DNA of 32,000 nucleotides, taken from positions 450,001 through 482,000 of the forward strand of contig CAVRAI010000004.1 of NCBI GenBank assembly GCA_963718915.1. The letters run 5' to 3'. Shown piece by piece: positions 15,356-23,390 of the stretch. This DNA is from an uncultured Chloroflexia bacterium. Its GTDB lineage: Bacteria; Chloroflexota; Ktedonobacteria; Ktedonobacterales; JADMIN01. The position numbers and the translations under genes are program-made. Positions within the stretch are counted from its first letter, which is position 1; each line of letters starts with the position of its first letter. Below the pieces are notes generated by a model, which ran no database searches, was not told where the DNA came from, and saw nothing but the letters and a program-made list of their open reading frames with translations.

Positions 15356-16273
15356 TCAGAGCAGGTGGGCCATTCGCTCGGCCCACACCATCATCGGCTC
15401 CCAGCCAGAACCGTGCATCTTGTATGACCACCATGCGGAGAGCACTGCCTGCGCCATGCTCCACGCCAGGATACGCTGACAATCGAATCCCAGCGCTTCA
15501 GCCAGGATCGTTGCGCGCCGAAGCAGCAACTGCTCGGGGTGTGGCCACGAAAACATCTCTGGCGCTGGGTTGCGCATCAACGAGCCAACCTCGTAGACAG
15601 GTTCGCCCGCGACGCCTTTGGGATCAAGCGCCAGCCAGGGTATGCGCTCGGCTGAGAGAATATTCCGGTGGTGCAGGTCGCCATGGAGTAACACAGGTGG
15701 AGCCGACGACACCACCAGGTCGTCGAATAGACGCTCTGCCTGCTCGACGAGATGCGCCTTGAAAGGGCCAGTGGCGCCGTCGAACGTTGCGCGCAATTGT
15801 TCGAAATCCCTCCCCCAGTCTGTGACAGTCTGAAATGGATGATCAACTGGTAGAGGGCGCCAGAGTGCGGACATCACCTGCGCGGCAATGCTGGTCGCCT
15901 CGTCGTCATCCGCGACATCATCCAGCGGCCTTCCCGGATAGAGTCGCTCGATCAGCATCACGCCCCGATCCGTGTCGGCTTGCAGGAGACCGACGATGCC
16001 ACGGCCACCGTAAAATCGCAGGGAATTCTCCTCGTGCTGGCGTTCCATGCTGGGCACGCCAGCCTTGAGCACGGCGTGTTGGCCGTTGCCAAGGATAACT
16101 GGGGCGACGTAGTTGTAGTTGAGTGGCGTGAAATGCGGCTCAAGCGTAAGTTCCCATCGCTGGGCGCAGTCATCTAGCAGCGAGGGCAGGTTTGCCAGCC
16201 ACTCGACGCCCTTCTCGCCGTTGACATCGATAATGGCCTTGATGAAGTCTTCAGGAAGATTGAGCTCGGACAA
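15356..16273 (-). CDS. APH(6)-like aminoglycoside/streptomycin phosphotransferase family kinase
   Basis: The catalytic loop LLHGDLHHRNIL, followed by LDPKGVAGEPVYEVG, and the overall length and pattern match the APH(6)/StrB-type kinase family. The gene starts 44 nt after the ABC gene stop. Confidence 0.75.
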   Translation of the reverse strand: MSELNLPEDFIKAIIDVNGEKGVEWLANLPSLLDDCAQRWELTLEPHFTPLNYNYVAPVILGNGQHAVLKAGVPSMERQHEENSLRFYGGRGIVGLLQADTDRGVMLIERLYPGRPLDDVADDDEATSIAAQVMSALWRPLPVDHPFQTVTDWGRDFEQLRATFDGATGPFKAHLVEQAERLFDDLVVSSAPPVLLHGDLHHRNILSAERIPWLALDPKGVAGEPVYEVGSLMRNPAPEMFSWPHPEQLLLRRATILAEALGFDCQRILAWSMAQAVLSAWWSYKMHGSGWEPMMVWAERMAHLL

Positions 16274-16317
16274 AGTGTCCTCCCTTTCACGTCCCCTTAG
16301 CCCACTTTTCGCATAGC

Positions 16318-18153
16318 CTACGCCTGTGCTGACGCTGATCCGCGGGCGAGCGACTCGACGTATTGCAGCTCGTAGAGGCGTTTGTAGTAGCCGTTGCGCG
16401 CCAGCAGCGACTCATGCGTGCCCTCTTCGACGATGCGCCCTTTGTGCAGCACAACGATACGGTCCACGTTGCGGATGGTGGAGAGGCGGTGCGCTATGAT
16501 GACCGACGTGCGCCCGCGCATCAGCTTTTCGAGCGCGTCCTGGATCAGCGCCTCGGTTTCGGTATCCACGCTGCTGGTCGCCTCATCCAGAATCAGCAAA
16601 ATCTCGGGATTGAAGGCGATGGCGCGCGCGAAGGCAAGGAGCTGGCGCTGGCCCGCCGAGAAGCCCGCCCCCCGCTCCAGCACCGGCTCATCATATTGCA
16701 GGGGCAGCCGCTCGATGAACTTCGCCGCGTTGACGAAACGCGCCGCCTCGCGGATACGCTCATCGCTGATGCCCGTCTCGTGCAGGCGGATGTTGCTGGC
16801 GACGGTGCCCGAGAAGATAAAGGGATCCTGGAGTACCGCACCGACGTGTCGCCGCAGGTCGGCCTGAGACAGATCGCGCACGTTGTGGCCGTCCACCAGC
16901 ACCTCGCCACGCTGCACATCGTAAAAGCGCGAGATGAGGCTGATGAGCGAGGTCTTGCCCGCGCCGGTCGCGCCGACGAAGGCGACGCTCTCGCCCGAGA
17001 GAATCTTGAACGAGATGCCTTTGAGCACCCACTCACCGGGATTGTAGGCGAACCAGACGTCGCGGAACTCCACCTCGCCGCGCACATGCGCCAGCGGCAT
17101 CGGCTCCTCAGGGTCGCGCACCGTCACCGGCTCGTCGAGGACGCGGAAGATGCGCTCGGAGCTGGCCATTGCCGATTGGAGCACGGTGTACTTGTCCGCC
17201 ATGTCGCGCAGTGGCAGGAAGAAGCGATCGACGTACTGCAAGAAGGCGACGAGCGCGCCAAGCGTCAGCGCACTCGCCAGTACCTGTCCGCCGCCCACAC
17301 GGATGATGAGCGCGGTGGCTATCGAGGCAAAGAGTCCGACGACGGGAAAGAAGAGGGAGAAATAGAAGAGCGACCGCAGGGATGCGCGGCGATAGTCCAG
17401 GTTGAGCGTGTCGAAATACTGAAAGTTGCGCTGCTCGCGATTGAATAACTGGACAATCTGTGTGCCGGAGATATTCTCGGCGATGTTGGCGTTGATACGC
17501 GCCAGCCGCACCCGAATCGCGCGGAAGTTATCGCGCATGGCCCGTTGGAAGTACGCGGTCACCAGCAAGAGCGGCGGGATGACGACGAAGACGACCAGCG
17601 CCAGCAGCCAATTCTCGAAGAGCAGGATGATGACAATGCCCATCAGCGAGAAGACGTCGCCGATGAGTGAGATGGCCCCAGAGGTGAAGAGATCGTTGAG
17701 GGCATCGACGTCGTTGGTGATGCGGGTCATCAATCGCCCCACGGGATTGTGATCGAAGAACGAGAGAGACAGGTTTTGCAGATGCTCGAACATGTTCGAG
17801 CGCATATCGTACATAATCCGCTGGCCGACGATGCTCAGCAGCAGGTTCTGGTAGTAACGCAGCCCGAAACCGGCGACAAGCACCAGCAGATAGACCAGGC
17901 TCATCTCGAAGACGCCATTGGCGCGATCGGTGAGCGAGAGCGCGGAATTCGAGGGCGGCACGATGAAGCGGTCGATGGCGACCTGCGTGATGAATGGCGC
18001 GAGCAGATCGACGCTCGATGCAAGCAGGATGAGCGCCAGGGTGAACAGGAAGGTAAAGCGGTACGGGCGTATGAACGCCCAGAGGCGCCGGACCAGCCGG
18101 GCGTCATACGCTTTACCGAGTATCTCATCCTCTTGAAAGAATGCCTGCGCCAT
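16318..18153 (-). CDS. ABC exporter, fused TMD-NBD half-transporter (canonical Walker B, degenerate signature)
   Basis: The Walker A is GATGAGKTS and the Walker B is LLILDEATSSVD. The signature is FSAGQRQ instead of LSGGQ. The N-terminal half is a six-helix type I exporter TMD. Confidence 0.9.
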   Translation of the reverse strand: MAQAFFQEDEILGKAYDARLVRRLWAFIRPYRFTFLFTLALILLASSVDLLAPFITQVAIDRFIVPPSNSALSLTDRANGVFEMSLVYLLVLVAGFGLRYYQNLLLSIVGQRIMYDMRSNMFEHLQNLSLSFFDHNPVGRLMTRITNDVDALNDLFTSGAISLIGDVFSLMGIVIILLFENWLLALVVFVVIPPLLLVTAYFQRAMRDNFRAIRVRLARINANIAENISGTQIVQLFNREQRNFQYFDTLNLDYRRASLRSLFYFSLFFPVVGLFASIATALIIRVGGGQVLASALTLGALVAFLQYVDRFFLPLRDMADKYTVLQSAMASSERIFRVLDEPVTVRDPEEPMPLAHVRGEVEFRDVWFAYNPGEWVLKGISFKILSGESVAFVGATGAGKTSLISLISRFYDVQRGEVLVDGHNVRDLSQADLRRHVGAVLQDPFIFSGTVASNIRLHETGISDERIREAARFVNAAKFIERLPLQYDEPVLERGAGFSAGQRQLLAFARAIAFNPEILLILDEATSSVDTETEALIQDALEKLMRGRTSVIIAHRLSTIRNVDRIVVLHKGRIVEEGTHESLLARNGYYKRLYELQYVESLARGSASAQA

Positions 18154-18260
18154 CTACCCTCTCCCTCAGGTCGGCCATCAATCGCCGTCTCGTTTTACGG
18201 GGTATTTGTCCCCGCCCTTTGTCCCCTTCCCCTGCGAGGCGAGGGCCACCTGGAACGGTC

Positions 18261-20084
18261 TCAATCCCCGCCCGCCTGCTGTACCGCGCTGCTATTGGGG
18301 ACATCCACTATCTCCTCGCCCTCTTCGCTGCTCAGGTCTGGCCCGTCGCCCGCATCCAGTTCCTCGCCAAGCAACTGCTGCCGATACATGTCGGCATAGA
18401 GGCCGTCTCGGGCAAGTAGTTGCTCATGGGGGCCGCGTTCGATGATCCGCCCGTCGTCCAGCACGATAATCTGATCGAGATCTTTGACGGTTGAGATGCG
18501 ATGCGCGATAACCACTGATGTCCGCCCCTCCATCACCTTGCGCAACCCACGCAGGATCGCCGCCTCGGTATTGGTATCCACGCTCGACATCGCGTCATCC
18601 AGAATCAAGATGAGCGGATTCTTGGCGACGGCGCGGGCGATGCCTGCGCGCTGTTTCTGGCCACCGGAAAGCGTGACACCACGCTCGCCCAGCAGCGTCT
18701 GCGTCCCCTGGGGGAAGTCCACGACATCTTTGCCCAATTGTGAGATATCAAGAGCGAACTCTAACTGCTGCTCGTCGAGTTGTTCGAGGCCGAAACCGAT
18801 GTTCTCTTCGATGGTCAGCGAGAAGAGGAAATTATCCTGTGGCACGTAGCCAATGGCCGCGCGCAGCTTCGTCAACGGGATATGGCGAATGTCTTCGCCG
18901 TCGATCAAAATCGCGCCGTCAGTTACATCGAAGACACGGGCCAGCGCACTGACCAGACTCGACTTCCCGGCGCCGGTCGGCCCGACGATGCCGAGCGATG
19001 AGCCAGCGGGCACATGCAGGTTGATATCGTGGAGCACCTCGACATCCTGATAGGCCAGTGCGACGTGGCGGAACTCGATCTCTCCGTGAGCGGGCGAGGC
19101 GTTGGGATCGGTTGCCTCGGTGTCGCGAATAGCAGGCACGGCGGTACGCACCTCCTGGATGCGGGCTGTTGAGGCGGCGCCCTGCTGCAGCAGATTGACC
19201 GTCCAGCCGAGCGCGATCATCGGCCAGGCAAGCGCGGCGAGATACGTATTGAAGCGCACCAGCGTGCCTAGCGTGATGCGACCTTCGATGACGTCAATGC
19301 CACCGCGCCAGAGCAGGATGGCGACCGCCAACCCGGCGAGGAAGTACATGGCGGGCCAGAGCAGCGAGTCGATCCGCGCGAAGCTGATACTGCGGCGAAC
19401 ATATTCTTCATTGACCGCGTTGAATGCGGCCAGTTCGTGTGGCTCTTGCGCGTAGGCCTTGACGACCCGGATACCCGAGAAGTTTTCCTGCGCCCGCGCC
19501 GATACCTCACCAAACTGATCCTGCACCTGGCGGAAGCGGACACGGATGACGCGCCCGACGAAGAAGAAGAAGACCGAGAGCAGCGGCATGACAGTCAGCG
19601 AGTAGAGGGTGAGCTGCCCATCAATGCTGAACATGGCAATGGCGGTCACTGTGAACGCGACAGTAGTGTTGCAGAGGTTGCTGATGCCGGGGCCGAGCAT
19701 CATGCGCACGGCGCTGAGGTCATTGGTGGCGCGGGCTACCAGATCGCCAATCTTGCGTTGCTGGAAGTAGGCGAGATCGAGTTGCTGAAAATGTTTGAAG
19801 AGGTCGCCGCGCATCTCGTACTCGATGTGGCGCGAGACACTGTTGATTACGTAACGACTGGCGAACTGAAACACTCCCGCAAGGATGCCCAGACAAATGA
19901 TGAGCAGCGCGTAGCGCGTGAGAGCCGCGGCATCCTCGTGCTGGCTCAGGCTATCGATGGCCTCTTGCAGCAGCAGCGGCGGCAGCAGAATGATCAGATT
20001 GGCGATGATGATAAGTACGCCACCTGCCAGGAGCACGTACTTGTGACGGAGGAGGTAGACCGAGACGGCACGCAGAGTTGACAT
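18261..20084 (-). CDS. ABC exporter, fused TMD-NBD half-transporter (degenerate Walker B, canonical signature)
   Basis: I place the start at the ATG at 20082-20084 (MSTLRAV...); the track start at 20102 is a TTG. The Walker A is GPTGAGKSS and the signature is LSGGQKQR. The Walker B is ILILDDAMSSVD, with Asp in place of the catalytic Glu. Confidence 0.9.
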   Translation of the reverse strand: MSTLRAVSVYLLRHKYVLLAGGVLIIIANLIILLPPLLLQEAIDSLSQHEDAAALTRYALLIICLGILAGVFQFASRYVINSVSRHIEYEMRGDLFKHFQQLDLAYFQQRKIGDLVARATNDLSAVRMMLGPGISNLCNTTVAFTVTAIAMFSIDGQLTLYSLTVMPLLSVFFFFVGRVIRVRFRQVQDQFGEVSARAQENFSGIRVVKAYAQEPHELAAFNAVNEEYVRRSISFARIDSLLWPAMYFLAGLAVAILLWRGGIDVIEGRITLGTLVRFNTYLAALAWPMIALGWTVNLLQQGAASTARIQEVRTAVPAIRDTEATDPNASPAHGEIEFRHVALAYQDVEVLHDINLHVPAGSSLGIVGPTGAGKSSLVSALARVFDVTDGAILIDGEDIRHIPLTKLRAAIGYVPQDNFLFSLTIEENIGFGLEQLDEQQLEFALDISQLGKDVVDFPQGTQTLLGERGVTLSGGQKQRAGIARAVAKNPLILILDDAMSSVDTNTEAAILRGLRKVMEGRTSVVIAHRISTVKDLDQIIVLDDGRIIERGPHEQLLARDGLYADMYRQQLLGEELDAGDGPDLSSEEGEEIVDVPNSSAVQQAGGD

Positions 20085-20251
20085 GCTATCAGCGTAACAC
20101 AAAACGCCGGGTGGCGAAAAGGCTTATGACCTATGCGTATGATGGACGTCTAACACGTGGCCAAGTAGCCGCCGAGCCAGATGAGATGCGTCGTGAGGAC
20201 TTCAGCGCGTGTCAGTCTGGCGCAGGATTTCTGGCAGAAATCTCCACAATC

Positions 20252-20831
20252 TTAGCGCTGTGTGATCGTCATCAGCAGATGGTGCGTCGTCGTGCTGAGG
20301 CCAGTGACGGTGGAACCCGATGGTAGCAGATTGGCCATCGTGTGGGCTAGCTGATTGTTGATAGGCCGTTCGAGCGCTGTCGTGATGGCGGCTGGCAATG
20401 GCAGCCCGCCGACCTGGGCGCTGAGGAAGTGGATGGTCGGCTGCCCTGACTGCAATCGCAGTTGCGCGGTGGCGACAAGCGGAGCGCTTATGGGAAACTG
20501 CCCGCTGGTTGTCCCCGAGAGCTTTATCCGATTGTTTGGCAGAATCTCCGCCTGTATGTTACTGATGTGAATGGGTAAGGTACTGCTACTCATGGCGTCG
20601 GCCAGAACCTGTGTGAGATAGACGTCATCGATGGAGATGCCAATCTCGCCGCTCGTCTTGCCCGTACTCAGGCGATGCGGGCGATGGACCCGATGCCAGC
20701 GCAAAGAGGCCAAACAGCGTCACCAGCCCGCCGATCACCAGACCGATCAGCAGCCCACCACAGCCCCAGACCGTCGCGCGTGATGTGCGTGGAACTGTAT
20801 CGCTGCGTGTTCGTCGCGGATAGTCGACCAT
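20252..20831 (-). pseudogene. Possible frameshifted gene for a membrane-anchored DUF2993/LmeA-like protein
   Basis: The 68-aa ORF (20625-20831) encodes only a basic N-terminus, a TM segment (GLLIGLVIGGLVTLFGLFALA) and an SGPSPASP linker. The 153-aa ORF (20252-20713) is in another frame, lacks a good start (TTG) and encodes the soluble domain (GEIGISIDDVYLTQ...VGGLPLPAAI...). A 1-nt shift near 20660-20700 would join them. Confidence 0.4.
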
Positions 20832-20935
20832 ACTCGATCCTATTCAACGGTTGCGAGATGAGCCTCATGAGCATATCCCGCAAATCCGTGGCCACGAGTC
20901 GAACTGCCACGGTGGCCGGGATGTTTTTTGGTTGT

Positions 20936-20954
20936 ATTGTGCAACATGCACAAT
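20936..20954. promoter_or_regulatory. Perfect palindrome ATTGTGCA-N3-TGCACAAT, candidate operator inside a TTGTAT-N18-ATTAAT promoter-like spacer
   Basis: attgtgca aca tgcacaat has perfect 8-bp arms. It is flanked by ttgtat (20932-20937) and attaat (20956-20961), and lies about 170 nt upstream of the glnA ATG. Confidence 0.45.
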
Positions 20955-21031
20955 GATTAATACGATACTTCTGGCGCATCGTCGTTCCGCTCTCACCTAC
21001 CATGGCGCTATACTGACTACATTGAGATTGT

Positions 21032-21050
21032 TTTGTGCAGTGTGCGCAAT
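21032..21050. promoter_or_regulatory. Second, imperfect copy of the same palindrome (TTTGTGCA-N3-TGCGCAAT)
   Basis: tttgtgca gtg tgcgcaat differs at 2 arm positions from the copy at 20936. The centres are 96 bp apart. It lies about 70 nt upstream of the glnA ATG. Confidence 0.4.
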
Positions 21051-21120
21051 GTAGGTGCGGTGGGGCGCGTGGAACCCCATCAAGTCGTACCGCTACGTCA
21101 TAGAGCATGCGGAGAAACAG

Positions 21121-22554
21121 ATGACGAGAACGCCGGAAGATGTGCTGCGCATGGCCCACGAGCATGGGGCCCGCATGATTGACCTGAAGTTCACCGATGT
21201 CCCTGGCACGTGGCAGCATTTCAGCATCCCCACCCGTGCGATTGATGCCTCCTCCTTCACCGAGGGCATTGGATTCGACGGCTCCAGCATCCGGGGTTTT
21301 CAGGAGATCAACGAGAGCGATATGCTCCTTCTCCCTGATCCTACCACCGCTATCATGGATCCCTTCACCGCCGAGCCAACCTTGAGCCTGGTCTGTGATG
21401 TGACCCAGCCGGGCGCGTCGCGCGAGCCGTATTCCCGCGATCCCCGCTACATCGCGCGTAAGGCGGAAGCGTATTTGAAGTCGTCCGGTATTGCTGATAC
21501 CGCGTATTTTGGCCCTGAAGCCGAGTTCTTTATCTTTGACGATGTCAAGTATCGCTCGACGCAGAACGAGCAATGGGCCGTGGTAGATAGCGATGAGGCT
21601 CACTGGAATTCTGGTCGCAATGGCACGGCGAACCTCGGCCACCGCAACCGCCCCAAGGAGGGCTACTTCCCGGTCGCGCCCAACGATACGCTGCAAGACC
21701 TGCGCACGGCGATGGTGCTGCTGATGGAAGACTGCGGCATCGATGTCGAGGCGCAGCATCACGAGGTTGCCGCCGGCGGGCAATGCGAGATTGACATGCG
21801 CTTCGACTCGCTGCTGACGATGGCCGACCGCGTCATGCTCTACAAGTACATCGTCAAGAATGTGGCGCGGCGCGCGGGTAAGTCGGCGACCTTCATGCCG
21901 AAGCCGATCTTCGGCGATAACGGCTCCGGGATGCACGTGCATATGAGCCTGTGGAGGGACGAGCGACCGCTCTTCGCCGATGCCGAGGGTTACGCGGGCG
22001 TCTCTGAGATGGCGCGCATGTTCATCGGTGGGCTACTGACCCATGCCCCGGCAGTATTAGCGCTGGCGGCGCCCAGCACGAACAGCTACCGTCGCCTGGT
22101 GCCCGGCTATGAGGCGCCCGTCAACCTGGTCTACTCGCAGCGCAATCGCTCGGCGGCGGTGCGCATCCCGATGTATTCGGATAGTCCGAAGGCGAAGCGT
22201 GTCGAGTTCCGGCCTCCAGACCCAACCTGCAATCCCTACCTGACCTTCTCGGCGCTGCTGATGGCAGGCCTGGATGGCATCAAGCGCGGCATTCTGCCCG
22301 AGGAGAACGGTCTGGGGCCGGTTGATCGCAACATCTATGAGATGTGCGCGGAAGAGAAACAGGACATCAAGTCGGTGCCCGGTTCGCTGGACGACGCGCT
22401 GGACGCCCTGGAGCGCGACCACGAGTTCTTGCTGGTGGGCGACGTCTTCACGACGGACCTGATCGGCAAGTATGTGGCCCTCAAGCGCGAGCAGGCCGCC
22501 GAGGTGCGCCTGCGCCCGTCACCGCTGGAGTTCGCGCTCTACTACGACGCCTAG
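21121..22554 (+). CDS. glnA: Glutamine synthetase, type I
   Basis: I place the start at the ATG at 21121 ([26 protein letters not shown]...). Motifs are [40 protein letters not shown] and [13 protein letters not shown]. The insertion around [23 protein letters not shown] and a Tyr in DRNIYEM (the position of the adenylylation Tyr) suggest the GSI-beta type. Confidence 0.95.
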   Translation: MTRTPEDVLRMAHEHGARMIDLKFTDVPGTWQHFSIPTRAIDASSFTEGIGFDGSSIRGFQEINESDMLLLPDPTTAIMDPFTAEPTLSLVCDVTQPGASREPYSRDPRYIARKAEAYLKSSGIADTAYFGPEAEFFIFDDVKYRSTQNEQWAVVDSDEAHWNSGRNGTANLGHRNRPKEGYFPVAPNDTLQDLRTAMVLLMEDCGIDVEAQHHEVAAGGQCEIDMRFDSLLTMADRVMLYKYIVKNVARRAGKSATFMPKPIFGDNGSGMHVHMSLWRDERPLFADAEGYAGVSEMARMFIGGLLTHAPAVLALAAPSTNSYRRLVPGYEAPVNLVYSQRNRSAAVRIPMYSDSPKAKRVEFRPPDPTCNPYLTFSALLMAGLDGIKRGILPEENGLGPVDRNIYEMCAEEKQDIKSVPGSLDDALDALERDHEFLLVGDVFTTDLIGKYVALKREQAAEVRLRPSPLEFALYYDA

Positions 22555-22585
22555 CCACTTCGGGAATAGCCACCCATTCGCAGCA

Positions 22586-22618
22586 CCCCGATATCGGTGA
22601 GCAATCGCCGGTTCGGGG
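22586..22618 (+). terminator. Candidate glnA terminator hairpin
   Basis: The sequence is ccccga-tat-cggtga-GCAA-tcgccg-gt-tcgggg, a two-part stem with a GNRA-type loop. It starts 32 nt after the glnA stop and is followed only by a weak T tract (atgttt). Confidence 0.35.
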
Positions 22619-22704
22619 CGCCTATGTTTCCGGGATTGGCATGGTAGCGGAGAAATCACTCGGAACAGGTGATGATGGCGCGCCTCCATAGGCTGACAGC
22701 TGAA

Positions 22705-22834
22705 GCCGCGCCTAAGGGTCGCGCTTGCGCGACCGCGAAGCCTGCCTGCGCAGGCTCCAGAGCGTGTATGCTGGATGTACTGAGGCCGCGTAGGCGGCCT
22801 TTGCGGCGTAGCCCTTAGCCGCGCGTTTACGCGC
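22705..22834. repeat. Cluster of four GC-rich hairpin units (REP/BIME-like) bracketed by ctaaggg...cccttag
   Basis: The perfect stems are ggtcgcgc/gcgcgacc (22717-22734), agcctgc/gcaggct (22739-22756), aggccgc/gcggcct (22783-22800) and gcgcg/cgcgc (22821-22834). An outer complementarity joins 22712-22718 with 22812-22818. Confidence 0.6.
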
Positions 22835-22877
22835 CTGGCATATTGCTGGCGTCTTATCGAACAAAGAGCGTGAATCG

Positions 22878-23342
22878 ATGGATGACACCGCCCCGCTGTT
22901 GCGCCTGACCATCGAACTGGTACCGGAGCCGTGCTGGTTTGCTAACCTGCGCGATGTGCTGCCACGTCCTGCATGGGATAAGCTGCGGCGCGAGGTCTAC
23001 CAGCTATCCGGCAATCGCTGCGGTATCTGCAGCGCGGGCGGCATGCTGCACTGCCACGAGGTCTGGCGCTACGATGACGTGGCGCACATCCAGCACCTGG
23101 AGGGCTTTCGCGCGCTCTGCGTCCTCTGCCACCACGTCAAACATATCGGGATGGCCGGGAAGCTTGCAAGCGAGGGCAAGCTCGACTATGAGGCGGTCGT
23201 CGCGCACTTCATGCGCGTCAACGGCTGTAGCCGCGCCGATTTCCAGCGGCACTACCAGCACAGCTTCGCCCAGTGGCGGGAGCGCTCGCGCTACGAGTGG
23301 CAGACCGACCTGGGCGACTATACACCGCTGACCCCGTCCTGA
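22878..23342 (+). CDS. HNH-like (Cys/His zinc-ribbon, beta-beta-alpha-metal type) protein
   Basis: The pattern C-G-I-C ...LHCHEVWRYDD... LCVLCHHVKH gives CxxC...H...CxxCH spacing, characteristic of HNH/EndoVII-type nucleases. It is 154 aa and I can name no family more precisely. Confidence 0.5.
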   Translation: MDDTAPLLRLTIELVPEPCWFANLRDVLPRPAWDKLRREVYQLSGNRCGICSAGGMLHCHEVWRYDDVAHIQHLEGFRALCVLCHHVKHIGMAGKLASEGKLDYEAVVAHFMRVNGCSRADFQRHYQHSFAQWRERSRYEWQTDLGDYTPLTPS

Positions 23343-23390
23343 TACCGAGGGGTAGTTACGTCTTGGGCCTGTGAATGCTACAATGCCTGC

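Noticed and set aside
20226-20242. Inverted repeat gatttctg-g-cagaaatc just downstream of the stop at 20252, considered as a terminator
   Set aside because: As RNA it forms only a roughly 6-bp AT-rich stem with no following U tract on the relevant (minus) strand. That is too weak to call.
20668-21942. 424-aa ORF on the minus strand
   Set aside because: It is entirely antisense to the well-supported glnA. Its composition is Arg/Ala/His/Leu-rich with no recognisable motif. It is a typical shadow ORF of a GC-rich coding region.
22712-22912. 66-aa minus-strand ORF overlapping the start of the HNH-like gene
   Set aside because: It is made up almost entirely of the palindromic hairpin cluster (Ala/Arg/Lys-rich translation). 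It overlaps the start of the plus-strand ORF and has no ribosome-binding site or recognisable motif.
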